NCBI RefSeq assembly: GCF_044704955.1
Contig: NC_091984.1
Coordinates: forward strand, 144,088,001 to 144,152,000
From: Pristiophorus japonicus
Lineage: Eukaryota
Direction: 5' to 3'
DNA: 64,000 nt
Shown here: one piece after another, positions 1 through 11,830 of the stretch
How the letters are laid out: each line of letters begins with the position of its first letter
How positions within the stretch are numbered: position 1 is the first letter of the stretch
Position numbers and translations under genes: made by a program
The notes under the pieces: model-generated
Told to the model about the DNA's origin: nothing
Databases searched by the model: none
The model's input: the letters and a program-made list of their open reading frames with translations, nothing else

Positions 1-1197
1 TTCCAGTAGAGTGGACAAGGGAGAACCAGTTGATGTGGTGTATTTGGACTTTCAGAAGGCTTTCGACAAGGTCCCACACAAGAGATTAATGTGCAAAGTT
101 AAAGCACATGGGATTGGGGGTAGTGTGCTGGCATGGATTGAGAACTGATTGTCAGACAGGAAGCAAAGAATAGGTGTAAGTGTGTACTTTTCACAATGGC
201 AGGCAGTGACTAGTGGGGTACCGCAAGGTTCTGTGCTGGGGCCCCAGCTGTTTACACTGTACATTAATGATTTAGACCAGGGGATTAAATGTAGTATCTC
301 CAAATTTGCAGATGACACTAAGTTGGGTGGCAGTGTGAGCTGCGAGGAGGATGCTGTGAGGCTGCAGAGCGAGTTGGATAGGTTAGGTGAGTGGGCAAAT
401 GCATGGCAGATGAAGTATAATGTGGATAAATGTGAGGTTATCCACTTTGGTGGGAAAAACAGAGAGACAGACTATTATCTGAATGGTGACAGATTAGGAA
501 AAGGGGAGGTGCAACGAGACCTGGGTGTCATGGTACATCAGTCATTGAAGGTTGGCATGCAGGTACAGCAGGCGGTTAAGAAAGCAAATTACATGTTGGC
601 CTTCATAGCGAGGGGATTTGAGTACAGGGGCAGGGAGTATTGTGTACAGTTTTGGTCTCCTAACCTGAGGAAGGACATTCTTGCTATTGAGGGAGTGCAG
701 CGATGGTTCACCAGACTGATTCCCGGGATGGCGGGACTGACCTATCAAGAAAGACTGTATCAACCGGGCTTGTATTCACTGGAGTTCAGAAGAATGAGAG
801 GGGACCTCATAGAAACGTTTAAAATTCTGATGGGTTTAGACAGGTTAGATGCAGGAAGAATGTTCCCAATGTTGGGGAAGTCCAGAACCAGGGGTCACAG
901 TCTAAGGATAAGGGATAAGCCATTTAGGACCGAGATGAGGAGAAACTTCTTCACCCAGAGAGTGGTGAACCTGTGGAATTCTCTACCTCAGAAAGTTGTT
1001 GAGGCCAATTCACTAAATATATTCAAAAAGAAGTTTAATGAAGTCCTTACTACTAGGGGGATCACGGGGTATGGCGACAAAGCAGGAATGGGGTACTGAA
1101 GTTACATGTTCAGCCATGAACACATTGAATGGCGGTGCAGGCTTGAAGGGCCGAATGGCCTACTCCTGCACTTATTGTCTATGTTTTCTATGTTTTC
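1..1197 (+). mobile_element. CR1-clade LINE, 3' part of ORF2 (RT) plus 3' tail, inactivated; duplicate of 24003-25199
   Basis: GVPQGSVLGP and FADD RT motifs, (CTATGTTTT)n tail. Carries the same in-frame TGA and internal deletion as the 24-kb copy. Confidence 0.93.
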
Positions 1198-1247
1198 TAA
1201 TCCCCTTCCCACACACGGTGCAGAATCTCTATGATCACGGACTCTAT

Positions 1248-2735
1248 GGGGGATAAATTCGATCGGCCCTGCAAACATGCGCGAGGATCACGATGCGGGA
1301 TTAACCCACGCCCATAGCTCCCGATGCAGGCAGCAGGCCAAATTTGTGCTGCCTGCTAACCAACATGATTTTTGCGCGCACCCAGCACTAACTGTGCTGT
1401 TGAGTGGCTACAGGCCTCAGCGGCCGGGGCCCAAGGTTGTGTGAGGCTGGCACCAGTTAAAGCTGGCCTGCACCTCTTAATGGACAAGTAAAATGTGTCT
1501 GGAGCAGGTGCTGGAAGTGGCTGTGGACGACATTCTGACCTGGACCAAGACGTACTGATGACACAACAGGGGAGAGAGCCGGCTCCAAGATCCTCCAGCG
1601 CTGCACTGAAGGCCTTGGGGGAGGAGGTGCAGAGGGGGAGAGATGTTCTCTACCCACACGGGGCGAGGAGGCTCCACCAGACAAACGTTTCGAAGGCAGT
1701 GAGACCAGGACCCGAGGACTGGGATGTAGTGCCGCCAAATGTTCAATGACCTCACGAGAGTGGTCAAGGTCGGTGAATTCATCTTCAAATGCCGTGTCCC
1801 ACCAACTGCTCCACTAGTCTCACACATTGCTCAATGTACCACACCCCCATCACCCACTACCAACAATCTCTAGCAATCAGGACTCATACACAAGGACAGA
1901 AGGTATAGGAGCAGGAGTGGGCCATACGGCCCCTCGAGCTGGTCCACCATTCAATAAGATCATGGTGGATTTGATCTTGGCCTCAATTCCACTTCGCCGC
2001 CTGTTCCCCATAACCCGTGACTCTCCTGTAGTTCAAGAATCTGTCTATCTCAGCCTTGAATATAGTCAATGACCCAGCCCCCACAGCTCTCTGGGGCAGA
2101 GAATTCCAAATATTCACGACCCGGAGAGAAGAAATTTCTCCTCATCTCCATCTTAAATGGGGTCCGCTTATTCTGAGACTATGCCTCCTAGTTCCAGATT
2201 CCCTCACAAGGGGAAATATCCACACTCACAGCTTCACCTCACTCTCACACACTTAGATTCTGCTGCAAGCCTCACGCCCACATCTCACAGCTTGCACACA
2301 CGGCCAGCTATTCAACCGTGACAGGCGCATCACCCAAACACAGGGCACCACACTCACCGATACACTTCCCTCTCTTGCAGAGCAAGGTGGCCCAGAACCC
2401 GAGGCAGCAGGAGCTCAGTGGCGGGGGGCAGGCGCGCCCAGATGTCCTTATCCCCGTGGAGCAGACGGTGCTCGCCATCATTGGCGTGCCCATCGCTGAG
2501 CTCGTGGCCAGTGGCGGGGCAGAACTACAGAAGATGATGATATGGCCGTACCTAATCCTCCTTCTCACATCCCACATCCCCCACAGCGCACAATCCCTTC
2601 TGATTTACAAGCTGCAGATGAGGGAAAGCATGCCCCTCTTACATCGACCCCCCCACCACCACCCTTCCCGCACTGCAACCCTCCCCTTGTACCTTTCTCC
2701 TTTCACATACCCAGGAACTGCCACTTGGCCAGGCA
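1248..2735 (+). mobile_element. Truncated Harbinger/PIF transposon, left part (Myb/SANT-like ORF remnant), with a nested minus-strand CR1 3' fragment at about 1893-2220
   Basis: MTQQGREPAPRSSSAALKALGEEVQRGRDVLYP resembles the N-terminus of the Harbinger-associated Myb/SANT (NAIF1-like) domain. Same sequence as 25250-26737. Confidence 0.7.
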
Positions 2736-3306
2736 TGTACACAGTGATACACTGACTGCTCCTCTCCCTAAGCTGAGGCCTCACTCGGTACAGTTTTGTG
2801 CTGCTGCCACGAGCCACACGTTAAGGAGAGAGAATGCAACGTTGTGACTGTGGCCTTCTGCCCCCAGATTGCCCCCAGCAGTCAGCACAGAGTGATCCCA
2901 CCATCGGGGGCTGCCCCAACACCCCTAGTGTGCAGAGTGAGAGCCAATGCTAAAACTGGGAGGGTTGAACACCAGCAGCTTTTAGTGCCTCTGTGTTTAA
3001 TCTTGTGCACTCCAGGGGTTCGAGGTCAAATTGATCCTTTCAAAATGATTGAAAAATTGGCTTTGAATCAAATCTCCTGCTGACTTGCCATTGATTGACA
3101 GCACACCCAGCCAATCAGGAAAGACACTTACTGAAATGCAGCCAATCCAGCTGAGGGGGAGGTGGGACATTTCCAAAGCACTCGCCAGACACAGACTGAA
3201 TATTCTTCACGTTTATTGCCTTTTACAGATTCACATTTACAGAAACAAGACTTGAATAAACAGCCCAGCGAGAGCGAGCTGGAGACATTCACAGGGAGAA
3301 TGCAGC

Positions 3307-3312
3307 TTTATT
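3307..3312 (-). terminator. Candidate polyadenylation signal of the Ig light-chain transcript
   Basis: AATAAA on the minus strand downstream of the C stop codon; a second AATAAA lies at 3212-3217. Confidence 0.6.
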
Positions 3313-3508
3313 AAAACAATTGTGGGGATTTTCTCCACACCGAGAGAATCCTGTCCCTTTAAACGGGGACAAAACCTTGAATTGTAACAGCAGGGTGAGC
3401 AGGGAGAGGGTCTGCTTACTGAAGCGTCACTTCGCAGTTTAACATTAGTTTTACTCTGCTGACAGTCTTCAGCATCTTCGAGAGGTTTTACTTGGCAGCA
3501 CGAGTCAA

Positions 3509-3785
3509 CACTGTCCCATCAAACACTTCCAGGGCAGGTACAGCACGGGTTATAAACAGAGTAAAGCTCCCTCCACACTGTCCCATCAAACCCTCCCAGG
3601 GCAGGTACAGCACGGCTTAGATACAGAGTAAAGCTCCCTCTACACTGTCCCATCAAACACTCCCAGGGCAGGTACAGCACGGGTTAGATACAGAGTAAAG
3701 CTCCCTCGACACTGTCCCATCAAACCCTCCCAGGGCAGGTACAGCACGGGTTATAAACAGAGTAAAACTCCCTCAACACTGCCCC
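3509..3785. repeat. 67-bp minisatellite, about 4 copies
   Basis: Unit CACTGTCCCATCAAACACTCCCAGGGCAGGTACAGCACGGGTTAGATACAGAGTAAAGCTCCCTC... starts at 3509, 3576, 3643, 3710 and 3777. Confidence 0.92.
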
Positions 3786-3942
3786 AATAACGTGCCTTAC
3801 CCTCTGACCCTCAGATGCTTTCCCTGACCCAGTCCCGAGAAGGAAGAGAGTAGAAATGCAGTGCTGACAATGACCTTTGTCCTCCCGGCTCACCCCCTGT
3901 TCTATTTAAAGTTGCGTCTCCCCGCGGACTGTCCCTGACACA

Positions 3943-4271
3943 CTACGCACATTCTGCTCTCCTGATGCCCTTGCTGAGGGGAGAGGAGAGACTCTCGTGG
4001 GTGAGGCTGCAGGAGAAGCTGGCGTTGGACTCCCAGTCGGAGCCAGAGAGGGTCAGCAGGCTGCTGACACTGTAGGTGTTGTCCGAAGCTCGCAGGTAGT
4101 CGCTGGTCTGGACCCCGGCCGAAATGGTCGACCCGTCCTTCTTCCACTCCACCTCCACCGCATCGGGGTAGAAGTGATCGGCGAGGCACACCAGGGTGGC
4201 AGTGCCCTTAGTCGTGACCTCCTCCGTGGAGGGGGGCAGTAGGGTCAGCGTGGGTGGTGTCTTCCCTCGGC
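3943..4271 (-). CDS. IGKC: Immunoglobulin kappa-type light chain constant exon (C1-set domain)
   Basis: Acceptor tttcag|GC, then RGKTPPTLTLLPPSTEEVTTKGTATLVCLADHFYPDAVEVEWKKDG...YSVSSLLTLSGSDWESNASFSCSLTHESLSSPLSKGIRRAECA*. Conserved Cys/Trp/Cys and penultimate interchain Cys; resembles shark NS4/kappa C. Confidence 0.96.
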
Positions 4272-4519
4272 CTGAAAGGGAGGAGAAAGATGCTTAATAG
4301 GTGTATATTAGTCTGTGTGTATGTGTGTGTGTGTGTGTCACTGTGACTGTTTCCGTGTGGGGATAATTCACAACTGAAAACGGAGAGCTGGGTTAATGAA
4401 CTCCTGGCTGGTGATTAACCATTCGAGGCGAGCATCACTAATTCTTAATCTTCTTTGCCTCACTTGATAAGTTTAATCTAAATATAAATGCGTTTGATCT
4501 TAAAGTGATTTAAAAAAGT

Positions 4520-4945
4520 ATTTCATTTATATAGCGCCTTTCAAAACCACCAGACATCTCAAAGTGCTTTACAGCCAATGAAGTATAGTCACTGTTGTAA
4601 TGTGGGAAACACAGCAGCCAATCTGCACACAGCAAGCTCCCACAAACAGTGATGTGATAACGACCTGATAATCTGTTCTTCTGTCATGTTGGTTGAGGGG
4701 TAAATATTGACCAGGACACCAGGGAGAACTCTGCTGCTCTTCTTCGAAATAGTGTCCTGAGAGGGCAGACGGGGCCTCAGTTTAATGTCTCATCTGAAAG
4801 ACAGCACCTCCAACAGTGCAGCACTCCCTCAGCACTGCACTGGAGTGTCAGCGTAGATTCTTGTGCTCAAGTCCCTGGAGTGGGACTTGAACTCACAACC
4901 TTCTGACTCAGAGGCGAGAGTGCAACGCACTGAGCCACAGCTGAT
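4520..4945 (-). mobile_element. tRNA-derived shark SINE
   Basis: tRNA-like head with B box at about 4880-4945. Body and GGCGCTATATAAATG tail are shared with SINE copies near 11.6, 19.0 and 40.4 kb. Confidence 0.75.
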
Positions 4946-5489
4946 ACTCAAAATCATATTGGATTGTTGTATAAACATCTGCAGTGCAGGGTTGGCACCC
5001 ATTCAGCACTGAAATGGTTAACAGTAAGAGTCGGTAAAGATTGAGTGTCCCGTTAAGACGTTGTTCACTGGCAGGAAGCTCGAACTGTAGATGGGTGGAT
5101 ACAGGGGAAATAGGCTCAGCAGTGAGAAAGCTCAGATCACACACAGATCGGGAGAACTTTATCCGGGAATGTTGCGGCACACTTGTATAAAAACACTGCA
5201 GTAAGGCTTCATGTTGGGGGTCGGTATAGAAGCTTCTAGATTGCATTTAAAAGCTTGCTGCCCAGCACCGCGGTGAGGCCCAGGGTGAGGATACAATTAG
5301 CCTCAGTTTACCGGGGTCAGGCAGGGTCACTGCTCCCAATGATCCTGTGACCTCCTGGAAGGTCAGAGTGCGCGGACAATGAGCGAGGGTCAGGATCAGG
5401 GTCCACCCACTTCAATGAAAGAAAGCCTTGAATTTATATAGCGCCTTTCACAGCCTCAGGACGTCCCAAGGTGCTTTACAACCAATTGC

Positions 5490-5860
5490 ACACAGGCAGA
5501 TTTACGAGGATGTTGCCTGGACTGGAAAATGTTAGCAATTAGGAAAGATTGGATCTGCTGTAGTGTTTTCCGTGGAACAGAGGAGGCTGGGGGAGACCTT
5601 ATTGAGGTGTATAAAATTATGAGGAGCCAATATAGAGTGGATAGGAAGGCTCTATTTCCCTTAGCAGACTGGTGAACAACCATGGCATAGATTTAAAGTA
5701 ATTGGTGGAATGTTTATGTGGGTATTTGAGGGGAAATGTCTTCACCCAGAGGATGGTGGGGGTCTGGAACTCACTGCCTGAAAGGGTGGTAGAGGCAGAA
5801 ACCCTCACCACATTTAAGAATTACTTGGATGTACACTTGAAGTGCCGTAACCTATAGGGC
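5490..5860 (+). mobile_element. CR1 LINE 3' fragment
   Basis: Degenerate ORF2 C-terminus (RGDLIEVYKI, FTQR..VWNSLP). Confidence 0.75.
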
Positions 5861-6098
5861 TCAGTCTCTGGGCTCACACTGGGACAGTGAGCCCACTTGG
5901 GGAGGGGAGCTGTGACCCAGCCAGAGGTAGTGCCTTCAGGAGTGAGATGGGGAACAGATGACGAGCAGCCTGTGGTGTAGAGGGGAGACATTTCATCGGC
6001 CGAGGGCAGGTGCTGAGCCTGTTTACCTGTAAGAATGTGGTAAGTGGATGGGGAAAGTGGGCCGGGCACTGAGGTAACGTCCTGTGTTGCTGGTCGAA

Positions 6099-6480
6099 TT
6101 GGTCATTTTAAACATGGCATCTTCCCATTCTCCCTGCCACATGTCTCCGTGGTTGGTTTTACAGAACCTTACAGTCCCCCGTTAAAACACTCTGTCTCAG
6201 GATGTTTTCAAAATGTGAAGCAAAACCTTTTCCCTCTCACAGAGCCAATCTTCCCCAAATCTTACCTAAACCCATGATAAAACATTAAAATACACCAATG
6301 GTATTCATACATTTGGAATCAATACAATACTGAAAATGTAAAAAGGTTTCTCAACCAATACCCTTCACCAAATTCATTATAGTATATATGTAAGGTTCTG
6401 CAAAACCAACCATGGAGACATGTGGCAGGGAGAATGGGAAGATGCCATGTTTAAAAAGATGCCATGTTTAAAATGACCAA
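6099..6480. repeat. Inverted repeat (arms 6099-6173 and 6389-6480) formed by head-to-head LTR 5' ends
   Basis: TGTAAGGTTCTG(T/C)AAAACCAACCA(C/T)GGAGACATGTGGCAGGGAGAATGGGAAGATGCCATG appears on both strands. The minus copy is preceded by a purine tract GGGGGAC. Confidence 0.85.
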
Positions 6481-7283
6481 CTGCAGCCAACAGCCTGTAA
6501 ACCGCGGAGGATGATGGGACTCTGGCCACCCTGTACAGTACCAGACAGTGTTGCATGGGCACGGAACCGGACGGGGGATGAGCCAGCTACGGTGGGGGGA
6601 GAGGAGTGTACATTTGGTTCTTCCAGGAAAATGGATACAAGGCAACTTTATATTTTGAAAGGACATTTCTCCAGCTTTTTGTGTAAAAACCTCACAGAAG
6701 AGGCAACATGTCCAGGCAAAACCTCCCCAGTAATACACAAGGCAACAGAATGGGTATCAGTTGAATAATTAAACAAAGGCCCACAGGTCTGATGCAATCA
6801 TTTTGGCCAGCTCAGACAGAGTGGCACATCTGTCGAGGTAGTTAACAATCATCTTCATTCACCCCATCAGTGAGCGACAGGATACAGGAGGTGTGGCTAA
6901 TCTCCCATTCCAGACAGATCGATACACATCGAACTTCCATTCACACCCCATTTTATTCAAGGAAGACCCAAGACAATGGCATACAGTTTTGGCGCGAACA
7001 TGAACAGACTATAAGAAAATCTGCAAAAACACACAAGGGTTGTTGGAGGTTTGGGTTGGAGGTTGAAGGTGTTGGATGTTGGGGGTTGGAGGTTGGAGGT
7101 TTTGGAGGTTGGGGGTTGGAGGTTGGAGGTTGGAGTCAGCTTTTGCATTGAGTTGTAGAGTTGAGTTAAGAAGGTGGGAGTCAGTTTTTGTTGTGGATGA
7201 GTTGAGTTAAAGGGGAGTTGAGTCAGCTCTTCACAGAGTCCTCGCTCTGGGGAAAGTGTGCTTAACTCCAACAGCTTTTTGCT

Positions 7284-9822
7284 TGGGAGGGCATCAAACA
7301 GGAAATTAGGGGTGCATGCAATAAAGGTGCAGCAGTTATCATGGGTGACTTTAATATGCACATAGATTGGGCTAAACAAACTGGAAGCAATACGGTGGAG
7401 GAGGATTTCCTGGAGTGCATAAGGGATGGTTTTCTAGACCAATATGTTAAGGAACCAACTAGGGGGGAGGCCATCTTAGACTGGGTGTTGTGCAATGAGA
7501 GAGGATTAATTAGCAATCTCGTTGTGCGAGGCCCCTTGGGGAAGAGTGACCATAATATGGTGGAATTCTACATTAGGATAGAGAAAGAAACAGTTAATTC
7601 AGAGACCATGGTCCAGAACTTAAAGAAGGGTAACTTTGAAGGTATGAGGCATGAATTGGCTAGGATAGATTGGCGAATGATACTTAATGGGTTGACAGTG
7701 GATGGGCAATGGCAGACATTTAGAGACTGCATGGATGAACTACAGCAATTATACATCCCTGTCTGGTGTAAAAATAAAAAAGGGAAGGTGGCTCAAGGGA
7801 AATCAAGGATAGTATTAAAGCCAAAGAAGAGGAATACAAATTGGCCAGAAATAGCAGCGAACCTAGGGACTGGGAGAAATTTAGAACTCAGCAGAGGAGG
7901 ACATAGGGTTTGATTAGGGCAGGGAAAATGGAGTACGAGAGGAAGCTTGCAGGGAACATTAAGACGGATTGCAAAAGCTTCTATTGATATGTAAAGAGAA
8001 AAAGGTTAGTCAAGACAAACGTAAGTTCCCTGCAGTCAGAATCAGGGGACGTCATAATGGGGAACAAAGAAATGGCAGACAAATTGAACAAGTATTTTGG
8101 TTCGTTAATCACTAAGGCGGACACAAACAACCTTCCGGATATAAAAGGGGTCAGAGGGTCTAGTAAGAAGGAGGAACTGAGGGAAATCCTTATTAGTCGG
8201 GAAATTGTGTTGGGGAAATTGATGGGATTTGAAAGCCGATAAATCACCAGGGCCTATTGGTCTGCATCCCAGGGTACTTAAGGAGGTGGCCTTGGAAATA
8301 GCGGATGCATTGACAGTCATTTTCCAACATTCCATAGAGTCTGGATCAGTTCCTATGGAGTGGAGGGTAGCCAATGCAACCCCACTTTTTAAAAAAGAAG
8401 GGAAAGAGAAAACAGGGAATTATAGATCGGTCAGCCTGGTATCGGTAGTGGGTAAAATGATGGAATCAATTCTTAAGGATGTCATAGCAGCGCATTTAGA
8501 AAGAGGTGACATGATAGGTCCAAGTCAGCATGGATTTGTGAAAGGGAAATCATGCTTGACAAAACTTCTGGAATTTTTTTGAGGATGTTTCCAGTAGAGT
8601 GGACAAGGAAGAACCAGTTGATGTGGTGTATTTGGACTTTCAGAAGGCTTTCGACAAGGTCCCACACAAGAGATTAATGTGCAAAGTTAAAGCACATGGG
8701 ATTGGGGGTAGTGTGCTGACGTGGATTGAGAACGGGTTGTCAGACAAGAAGCAAAGAGTAGGATTAAATGGGTACTTTTCAGAATGGCAGGCAGTGACTA
8801 GTGGGGTACCACAAGGTTCTGTGCTGGGGCCCCAGCTGGTTACATTGTACATTAATGATTTATACGAGGGGATTAAATGTAGTATCTCCAAATTTGCGGA
8901 TGACACTAAGTTGGGTGGCAGTGTGAGCTGCGAGGAGGATGCTATGAGGCTGCAGAGTGACTTGGATAGGTTTGGTGAATGGGCAAATGCATGGCAGATG
9001 AAGTATAATGTGGATAAATGTGAGGTTATCCACTTTGGTGGTAAAAACAGAGAGACAGACTATTATCTGAATGGTGACAGATTAGGAAAAGGGGAGGTGC
9101 AACGAGACCTGGGTGTCATGGTATGTCAGTCATTGAAGGTTGGCATGCAGGTACAGCAGGCGGTTAAGAAAGCAAATGGCATGTTGGCCTTCATAGAGAG
9201 GGAATTTGAGTACAGGGGCAGGGAGGTGTACTACAGTTGTGCAGGGCCTCTGTGAGGCCACACCTGGAGTATTGTGTACAGTTTTGGTCTCCTGACCTGA
9301 GGAAGGACATTGTTGCTATTGAGGGAGTGCAGCGAAGGTTCACCAGACTGATTCCCGGGATGGCGGGACTGACATTTCAAGAAAAACTGGATCAACTGGG
9401 CTTGTATTCACTGGAGTTCAGAAGAATGAGAGGGAATCTCATTGACACGTTTAAAATACTGACGGGTTTAGACAGGTTAGATGCAGGAAGAATGTTCCCA
9501 ATGTTGGGGAAGTCCAGAACCAGGGGTCACAGTCTAAGGATAAGGGGTAAGCCATTTAGGACCGAGATGAGGAGAAACTTCTTCACCCAGAGCGTGGTGA
9601 AGCTGTGGAATTCTCTACCACAGAAAGTTGTTGAGGCCAATTCACTAAATATATTCAAAAAGGAGTTAGATGTAGTCCTTACTACTAGGCGAATCAAGGG
9701 GTATGGCGAGAAAGCAGGAATGGGGTACTGAAGTTGCATGTTCAGCCATGAACTCATTGAGTGGCGGTGCAGGCTCGAAGGACCGAATGGCCTACTCCTG
9801 CATCTATTTTCTATGTTTCTAT
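7284..9822 (+). mobile_element. 5'-truncated CR1 LINE (endonuclease C-terminus plus RT), frameshifted
   Basis: GDFN, SDH, YLDFQKAFD, GVPQG and FADD motifs; (CTATGTTT)n tail. Confidence 0.93.
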
Positions 9823-10017
9823 GAGCCAACCGAGAGGCAACCGACGCAACATCGAGGAGTAAAACCGAACCGACCAACAACGTAAAACCCACCCCAGAGG
9901 GACCCCGACCTGAAATAATTGCCCCCAGAACCCCGGAGTTGATAGGATTGTGAGTGTAGCCCAAACCCCCTCACAGACACAATTTAGGACAGGAATTGGT
10001 AAGAAGGTAAAAAAGGA

Positions 10018-11335
10018 TGCAGCATTGATTCATGAAGGGGAAATCATGTTTGACTAACTTACTGGAATTCTTTGAGGATATAACGAGCATGGTGGATAGA
10101 GGTGTACCGATGGATGTGGTGTATTTAGATTTCCAAAAGGCATTCGATAAGGTGCTACACAAAAGGTTACTGCAGAAGATAAAGGTACGCGGAGTCAGTG
10201 GAAATGTATTGGCATGGATAGAGAATTGGCTGGCTAACAGAAAGCAGAGAGTCGGGATAAATGGGTCCTTTTCCGGTTGGAAATCAGTGATTAGTGGTGT
10301 GCCACAGGGATCAGTGCTGGGACCATAATTGTTTACAATATACATAGATGACCTGGAAGAGGGGACAGAGTGTAGTGCAACAAAATTTTCAGATGACACT
10401 AAGATTAGTGGGAAAGCGGGTTGTGTAGAGGACTCAGAGAAGCTGCAAGGAGATTTGGATAGGTTAAGCGAATGGGCTAAGGTTTGGCAGATGGAATACA
10501 ATGTCAGAAAGTGTGAGGTCATCCACCTTGGGGAAAAAACAGTAAAAGGGAATATTATTTGAATGGGGAGAAATTACAACATGCTGCGGTGCAGAGGGAC
10601 CTGGGGGTCCTTGTGCATGAAACTCTTTTAGTTCCAAAAGGTTAGTTTGCAGGTGCAGCAGGTAATCAGGAAGGCGAATGGAATGTTGGCCTTCATTGCG
10701 AGAGGGATGGAGTACAAAAGCAGGGAGGTCTTGCTGCAACTGTATAAGGTATTGGTAAGGCTGCACCTGGAGTACTGCGTGCAGTTTTGGTCACCTTACT
10801 TGAGGAAGGATATACTAGCTTTGGAAGGGGTACAGAGACGATTCACTAGGCTGATTCCAGAAATGAGGGGGTTACCTTATGATGATAGATTGAGTAGACT
10901 GGGTCTTTACTCGTTGGAGTTCAGAAGGATGAGGGGGGCTCTTACAGAAACATTTAAAATCATGAAAGGGATAGACAAGATCGAGGCAGAGAGGTTGTTT
11001 CCATTGGTAGGGGAGACTAGAACTAGGGGGCACAGCCACAAAATACGGAGGAGCCAATTTAAAACCGAGTTGAGAAAGAATTTCTTCTCCCAGAGGGTTG
11101 TGAATCTGTGGAATTCTCTGCCCAAGGAAGCAGTTGAGGTTAGCTCATTGAATGTTTTCAAGTCAAAGATAGATAGATTTTTAACCAATAAGGGAATTAA
11201 GGGTTACGGGGAGAGGGCGGGTAAGTGGAGCTGAGTCCACGACCAGATCAGCCATGATCTTATTGAATGGCGGGGCAGGCTCGAGGGGCTAGATGGCCTA
11301 CTCATGTTCCTAATTCTTATGTTCTTATGTTCTTA
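10018..11335 (+). mobile_element. 5'-truncated CR1 LINE, second subfamily
   Basis: RT motifs; (TTCTTATG)n tail. Confidence 0.92.
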
Positions 11336-11589
11336 AGGGTGGAAGTGGGAGGTGGGTTTGTGTGTGGGTGGAATGTTTCAACCTCTTATCTTCCCCTTCC
11401 CTGTTGCGAGAATTTTTCGTGTTGTTGAGTGAGATTGTGCCATTACTGCTATTTACGACCTCTTCCTATGCCCTCTATCTTTGTGTTTACTATTGTAAAT
11501 AAACAACATTAGCCATTTTGTACTCTTAGCCACTGTGTCTGGTGCCTCATTACTCACCCATCCTCATAAATCGCACATACAGAACCTCA

Positions 11590-11830
11590 GGGGAGTGGGG
11601 ATTCGAACCCACACCCCAAGCTCCCTTTACACCTGCATTTATATAGCGCCTTTGACACCTGAGGATGTCCCAAAGTGCTTCACAGCCAATGAAGTACATT
11701 TTTGAAGTGCAGTCACTGTTGTAATGTGGGAAACACGGCAACCAATTTGTGCACAGCAAGCTCCCACAAACAGCAATGTGGTAATTGAGATTTTTAAGTG
11801 ATGTAGGTCGAGGGATAAATATCGGCCTGA
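11590..11830 (-). mobile_element. SINE fragments
   Basis: B-box-like GGGTTCGAATCCC on the minus strand and the shared SINE 3' body. Confidence 0.65.

Larger units (their letters stand above)
1..2735 (+). repeat. Segmental duplication copy A (matches 24003-26737, offset 24,002 bp)
   Basis: Sequence and ORF track are identical apart from one substitution noticed (ELQ vs EPQ). Homology stops after ...GGCCAGGCA at 2735. Confidence 0.95.
6389..11581 (+). mobile_element. Probable LTR of about 1.3 kb (TGTA...TACA), split by two CR1 insertions, inside the J-C intron
   Basis: Non-LINE pieces 6389-7283, 9823-10017 and 11336-11581. TATA-like site near 7010, AATAAA near 11498, TGTA/TACA termini. No TSD found. 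Confidence 0.45.
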
